From Candidatus Multivoradales bacterium (lineage in GTDB: Bacteria > Acidobacteriota > Thermoanaerobaculia > Multivoradales > Multivoraceae): 64,000 bases of DNA. Under the pieces are notes generated by a model that worked only from the letters and a program-made list of their open reading frames with translations, ran no database searches and was not told the origin of the DNA. Location: positions 256,001-320,000 of the forward strand of contig CBDCWI010000002.1 in the NCBI GenBank assembly GCA_965223325.1. The letters are read 5' to 3'. Made by a program: the position numbers and the translations under genes. Shown here piece by piece: positions 59,815 to 64,000 of the stretch. Position 1 is the first letter of the stretch, and the number at the start of each line of letters is the position of its first letter.

Positions 59815-60617
59815 GTTACGCAGACGTCATCCGTCGGCAGACGCGAGCCGACAAGAAGTCCGACGAGCATTCGGCGCCGTCTCCTTCGGCCGGTACGCGC
59901 GAGACCGTCCCCATCATCACCCCCGCCGCTCCCCCCGAGCACATTCCGCGCGGCAACGGCAGGCGGGCTCGGGACAACCGAATCGCGCGCGACGAGAGTC
60001 ACGAGACCCCCACTCCGCGGAGTATCGTGGGTCGCATCGAGCCGCGCGCCTCGAGACTCAGGGTTCGTTCGGTGGGCCGCTCGGGGCTACTTCATCAGCT
60101 GCGCGCGCTTGCGATTCCGGTCGGTGGCGTGCCAACCGTAGTGATTGCCTCGGTTTCCGGTCGCGAAGACTACGCCGGCCTGCTGCGCGCGCTCAAGAAG
60201 CACGTCGACACCGAATGCACTCCGCTGGCCATGGTCGAGCTCGCTGTCGAACGAAGCGAGTGGCGACTGATCGAGCCCGGCCTCGAGGGCCGCCAGGTTC
60301 TCGGCACCTTCGACCGGAACCCGCACGGCGCAGAAGGCTATGGAGTTTCATGGAACCAGACGGCGCTCGGCGACCGCGACCTGGTGCTGGTGCTCGCGCC
60401 ACCCCTGGCGCAATCGGTCGACGGTGCGCTGCTTGGTCGCGATCTCGGTGGTGCGGTCCTGGTTGGGGAGGTTGACCGCACCTCGCGCCATGAGCTTCGC
60501 AAGGCTTCACAACAGTTGGTCACGGCAGACTGCCCACTGCTCGGCGTGGTGCTGCTCGGCGCCAAGCGCTGGCTGCCAGAGTGGCTCGAGCGCCTGCTCG
60601 ACAACCTCGAGCGCTAG
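59811..60617 (+). CDS. Degenerate BY-kinase (CpsD/CapB-like) domain protein
   Basis: DLVLVLAPPLAQSVDGALL...AVLV...RT...LLGVVL fold; Walker motifs are degenerate. Confidence 0.65.
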   Translation: MSYADVIRRQTRADKKSDEHSAPSPSAGTRETVPIITPAAPPEHIPRGNGRRARDNRIARDESHETPTPRSIVGRIEPRASRLRVRSVGRSGLLHQLRALAIPVGGVPTVVIASVSGREDYAGLLRALKKHVDTECTPLAMVELAVERSEWRLIEPGLEGRQVLGTFDRNPHGAEGYGVSWNQTALGDRDLVLVLAPPLAQSVDGALLGRDLGGAVLVGEVDRTSRHELRKASQQLVTADCPLLGVVLLGAKRWLPEWLERLLDNLER

Positions 60618-60739
60618 TCCAGAAGGGCGATGTTCCTTGCAACCACCTGAGACTCAGCCCGGTCGTCGCTGGCTGGGGCTCCCCGCTGCGAGGCGGCGGT
60701 GGAGTGGGAGCCGCCGCCCGTGCTGCTTGCGGAGCACCG

Positions 60740-61873
60740 ATGGGTGAAGTCCAGGGGGGCGTTCCCGGCACTCGCCGGAGCGTGGGGAATCGGATTCATC
60801 ACCACACACTCTCCGGCCCGCAACAGGTACGGCGGGCTGGGCGTTCGCGCTTTCTCGTTCGCGCCGTGTCACTGGCCGCGCAGGCGACCCGGCTGCCGGC
60901 CCTGGTACGCGCCCGGCGGCGACGTGGTGCTGGGCGCCTGCACATCCTCGCCTACCACGACGTATCACGCGGCGGCAGATTTGAAGGCCAGGTGGGCCTC
61001 CTCAACTTCCGCAGTCAGCTGCGCGGCCTGGCAGAGAACTACCGCTTCGTCGACCTGGTGGCCGGCGCCGGTGACCTGGCCGGTGGCACCCCCGCTCATC
61101 GCGGCAGGGAGGCGGTCACCCTGACGTTCGACGATGGCTACCGGGGCAACCATGCTCTGGCCTGGCCGGAGATCGAAGCTTGCGACGGCACCGCAACGTT
61201 CTTTCTCACCACCGGGTTTCTCGACGGCGCTCCCCTATGGTTCGACACAGTCCGGCGCGCCCTGAGAGGGTGGGCGTCGGCAGATCCGGCCGCCCAGTCA
61301 CGCATCAGTCAAGCCTTCAGGGCGGCGCTCGGAGAGGTCGACCGGCCTGCTTGGGGCACAGAAGCTGTGCTCGAACAGTTGAAGCGACTGGCGCCCGCGA
61401 TCCGTCAGCAGCTGGCGACAGACCTCGCCTCCCATGTCGACCATGTGGCGGCGGCCGAGCCGATGACCTGGGCCGAGGCAGGTGACTTGAAAGCCCGCGG
61501 TGCCGCCCTCGGCGCCCACACCGTGACCCATCCCATCCTCGCCCAACTCGGCGACAGCGAGCAGCGTCGCGAGATCGCGGGTGCAGCGGAACGCATCGAA
61601 GAACAGCTCGGCGTCCGGGTGCGCAGCTTTGCCTATCCCAACGGCACCCGCCTCGACCTTTCTGAGTCCACCGTCGGGATCGTACGAGAGCTCGGCTTCG
61701 ACGCTGCCTGCACCATGGTCCGAGGGTCCAACCGGGCCCACGCCGATCCTCTTCGCCTGCGACGCATTGGGGTTGGCGATGAGCCCTGGTACGTTCTCGA
61801 CACACGCATGGCGGGTCTCTTCGACCAGGAGGTACGCGATCGCCTGGGCGGTACCAGGGCGTGGCGACAATGA
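60740..61873 (+). CDS. Polysaccharide deacetylase (NodB/CE4)
   Basis: ILAYH, LTFDDGY, GAHTVTHP, FAYPNG; start uncertain. Confidence 0.88.
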   Translation: MGEVQGGVPGTRRSVGNRIHHHTLSGPQQVRRAGRSRFLVRAVSLAAQATRLPALVRARRRRGAGRLHILAYHDVSRGGRFEGQVGLLNFRSQLRGLAENYRFVDLVAGAGDLAGGTPAHRGREAVTLTFDDGYRGNHALAWPEIEACDGTATFFLTTGFLDGAPLWFDTVRRALRGWASADPAAQSRISQAFRAALGEVDRPAWGTEAVLEQLKRLAPAIRQQLATDLASHVDHVAAAEPMTWAEAGDLKARGAALGAHTVTHPILAQLGDSEQRREIAGAAERIEEQLGVRVRSFAYPNGTRLDLSESTVGIVRELGFDAACTMVRGSNRAHADPLRLRRIGVGDEPWYVLDTRMAGLFDQEVRDRLGGTRAWRQ

Positions 61874-63669
61874 GCGAGATACCACCCGCTCCAGCCGAGT
61901 CCGAGCACCCGACCGAGCACATCCTCACCGTTGCTCTCGAGGACTGGTTTCAGACTGCTCCGCTCCTTGGGCGCGTCCAGCTGGACCACTGGGGGCGCCT
62001 GGAACGCCGGATCGAGGCGTGCACCGAGAAGACGCTCGACTTGCTCGACGAAACCTCGTCGAGAGCCACCTTCTTCGTGCTCGGCTGGGTCGCCGAGGAA
62101 ATGCCCGAGCTGCTCGCCCGGGTCGTTTGTCGTGGGCACGAGATCGCCACCAAGGGCTACTACCAACGCAACCTCGCTCGCATGTCGCCGGGCCTTCTCG
62201 AGGACGATCTCGCCAGGACGCGCGAAGTCGTCGAGAAGGCCACCGGGCAGAGGCTCCTGGGCTTCCGGGTCGCACACGGGTGGCTGCGTTGGGCACCGCC
62301 CTGGCTTCTCGGGATGCTCGCACGCTCGGGCTTCGCCTATGACTCGAGCGTGCGACCCTCCATCTGGAGCCGCTCACGGCGCGCCCGGATTACCCGTCAC
62401 CGAACCGGTGACGGTGAGATCTCCGAGTTGCCGATCGCCAGTCAGACACTCCTGGGCCTGCGCGTGCCGATTGGCGGCGGCAACTTTCAGCGCCAGCCAC
62501 CGCGATGGCTCGTCGACCGCTTGATCGCCCGGCGTCTCGCCGTTCCCGAGCCAGGCGTTTTCTACCTGCACGTCTGGGACCTCGACCCCGAGCTGCCCCG
62601 GGTCTCAGGGCTACCGCCGCTACAGAGCCTCCGGCAGTACCGCAATCTCGACCGGATGCCGATATTGCTGCGCGAGGTTCTCGAGCGCGCGCGTTTCACG
62701 ACCGCGGCAACCGCGCTCGGGTATCAGAAGATTCTCGACTTACCCCCAGTGGCGGCCACCCGCGGCGGAGGGCTTGCACCGTCGGTTGTGAGTGGAGACC
62801 CTGGCCAACGCCAGCAGGCCGAGGGGGCTACAGCCGCCAACGCACCGATCCCGATTTCGTTGGTCGTGCCGTGCTTCAACGAGGCGCGCGGGTTGGACTT
62901 TCTACGCAACACCCTCGAAAGCGTTCGCCACAGTGTCGAGGGTCGGTTTACGATCCACCCGATTCTCGTCGACGATTGCAGTCTCGACGACACCGCGAAA
63001 CGCCTCGAAGAGCTCTTTGGCGACTGGCCCGGCGGCGCCGTTGTCTTGCGGCACGAGAAGAATCTCGGAGTCGCTGCGGCCATACGGACCGGGATCCTGG
63101 CGGCTACGACCGACCTCGTCGCATCCATCGATGCCGATTGCACCTACGACCCGCATCAACTACCCAACCTGCTCGAGATCGCGATCGCCGGCCATCCGCA
63201 ACCTGCCCTGGTGACCGCTTCGCCGTACCATCCGCAAGGCTCAGTAGACAACGTTGCGCGCGGCCGGCTGGCGCTGTCACGAACTCTGTCGCGCTTCTAC
63301 CGCGCCGCTACCGGCCGCAACCTCAGCACCTGGACGAGCTGCTTCAGGGTCTACCGCCGACCGGCGATGGCACGGATCGAGGTCGAGGACGGGGGGTTCT
63401 TGGGAGTCGCCGAGATGTTGATCCGCGTCGTCATGGCGGGACTACCGGTCGCCGAGTGCCCGGCACGTCTCGAGTCGAGAATCCTCGGCGAGTCCAAGAT
63501 GAGGGTGCTACGCATCGGCGCTGGCCACCTGCGGCTGCTCGCACGGATTCTCCTCGGTCGCCTGGCGCCGGATCAACAGGTTGCAGCGGTCACCAACACC
63601 GGAACCCAGCCAGCGGTCACCGGAGCAGCGGGAGCCTCACCCACGGCCGGCCCGACCGACAGGCCATAG
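61870..63669 (+). CDS. Fusion of a DUF3473-type deacetylase-like domain and a GT2 glycosyltransferase
   Basis: ATFFVLGWVAE, YDSS, FYLHVWDLDP; then VVPCFNE, VDDCSLDDT, DADCTYDP. Confidence 0.85.
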   Translation: MSEIPPAPAESEHPTEHILTVALEDWFQTAPLLGRVQLDHWGRLERRIEACTEKTLDLLDETSSRATFFVLGWVAEEMPELLARVVCRGHEIATKGYYQRNLARMSPGLLEDDLARTREVVEKATGQRLLGFRVAHGWLRWAPPWLLGMLARSGFAYDSSVRPSIWSRSRRARITRHRTGDGEISELPIASQTLLGLRVPIGGGNFQRQPPRWLVDRLIARRLAVPEPGVFYLHVWDLDPELPRVSGLPPLQSLRQYRNLDRMPILLREVLERARFTTAATALGYQKILDLPPVAATRGGGLAPSVVSGDPGQRQQAEGATAANAPIPISLVVPCFNEARGLDFLRNTLESVRHSVEGRFTIHPILVDDCSLDDTAKRLEELFGDWPGGAVVLRHEKNLGVAAAIRTGILAATTDLVASIDADCTYDPHQLPNLLEIAIAGHPQPALVTASPYHPQGSVDNVARGRLALSRTLSRFYRAATGRNLSTWTSCFRVYRRPAMARIEVEDGGFLGVAEMLIRVVMAGLPVAECPARLESRILGESKMRVLRIGAGHLRLLARILLGRLAPDQQVAAVTNTGTQPAVTGAAGASPTAGPTDRP

Positions 63670-63673
63670 TCGT

Positions 63674-64000
63674 CTAGCTGGTCGGCCGTCGCTCGGCGAG
63701 AGTCGGCTCAGAGCTCCAGCTCTCGGCGCGGCGCGCCATGGGCTCGGGAGCGAAGTGTTCCGAGAAGAGGTCCAAGAGCTCGCCAACCAGCGCCAGCTTC
63801 GCATCGCGGTCGAGATGCATTCCGGGGAAGAAGGACAACTCGGGAGCTTCGTCGGGGCCGAGAAAGTCGAGTGGATGGAGTAGGAAAGAAGGCTCCACCC
63901 GCAACAGGCGGCAGAGGCGTAGGGCACCGCGGAAGTACAGAAACGGCGCCGCGCTACCGAACCTGCGAAGCCAGATCAGGTAGCTGAGGTGAATCGGCGT
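63674..64000 (-). CDS. C-terminus of a polysaccharide-deacetylase-like protein; the gene starts beyond the window
   Basis: Open frame from 64000: PIHLSYL...YFRGALRLCRLLRVEPSFLLHPLDFLG..ELSFFPGM. Confidence 0.6.
   Translation of the reverse strand, partial: TPIHLSYLIWLRRFGSAAPFLYFRGALRLCRLLRVEPSFLLHPLDFLGPDEAPELSFFPGMHLDRDAKLALVGELLDLFSEHFAPEPMARRAESWSSEPTLAERRPTS

Overview
High-GC bacterial chromosome; an Acidobacteriota-like host is inferred from gene content only. It has three parts. (1) 1-30.5 kb is core genome: a DUF4159/MoxR/DUF58/BatA-vWA cluster, msrB, glyA with a ZTP riboswitch, tetR-etfBA-Fe-S oxidoreductase, an SahR-like regulator plus ahcY, a LysM lytic transglycosylase, rsmD, rex, tRNA-Leu, rnr and der. 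(2) 30489-53494 is a ~23 kb integrative element at the 3' end of tRNA-Pro(GGG), bounded by the direct repeat TGGTCGGC. It carries a large serine recombinase, a plasmid-type RepA with iterons, an IS3, ssb and ardC with ssDNA-promoter-like hairpins, Fic, an SNF2/DUF4391/Type III R-M block extended by FRG, EVE-like and GIY-YIG genes, and a kinase / catalytically dead FimB-like / BlaI regulatory module. (3) 53.5-64 kb holds tandem degenerate tRNA-Pro repeats, merR and an exopolysaccharide locus. The most notable signal is that attP lies inside the integrase gene. Excision would replace the integrase C-terminus RERI with a 27-aa tail ending in -AAA (degron-like) whose stop codon overlaps the repA start, suggesting a recombination-controlled switch that couples excision to replication. 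A shared palindromic operator marks the integrase, ssb and repA regions. All product calls come from motif recognition; no database searches were run.
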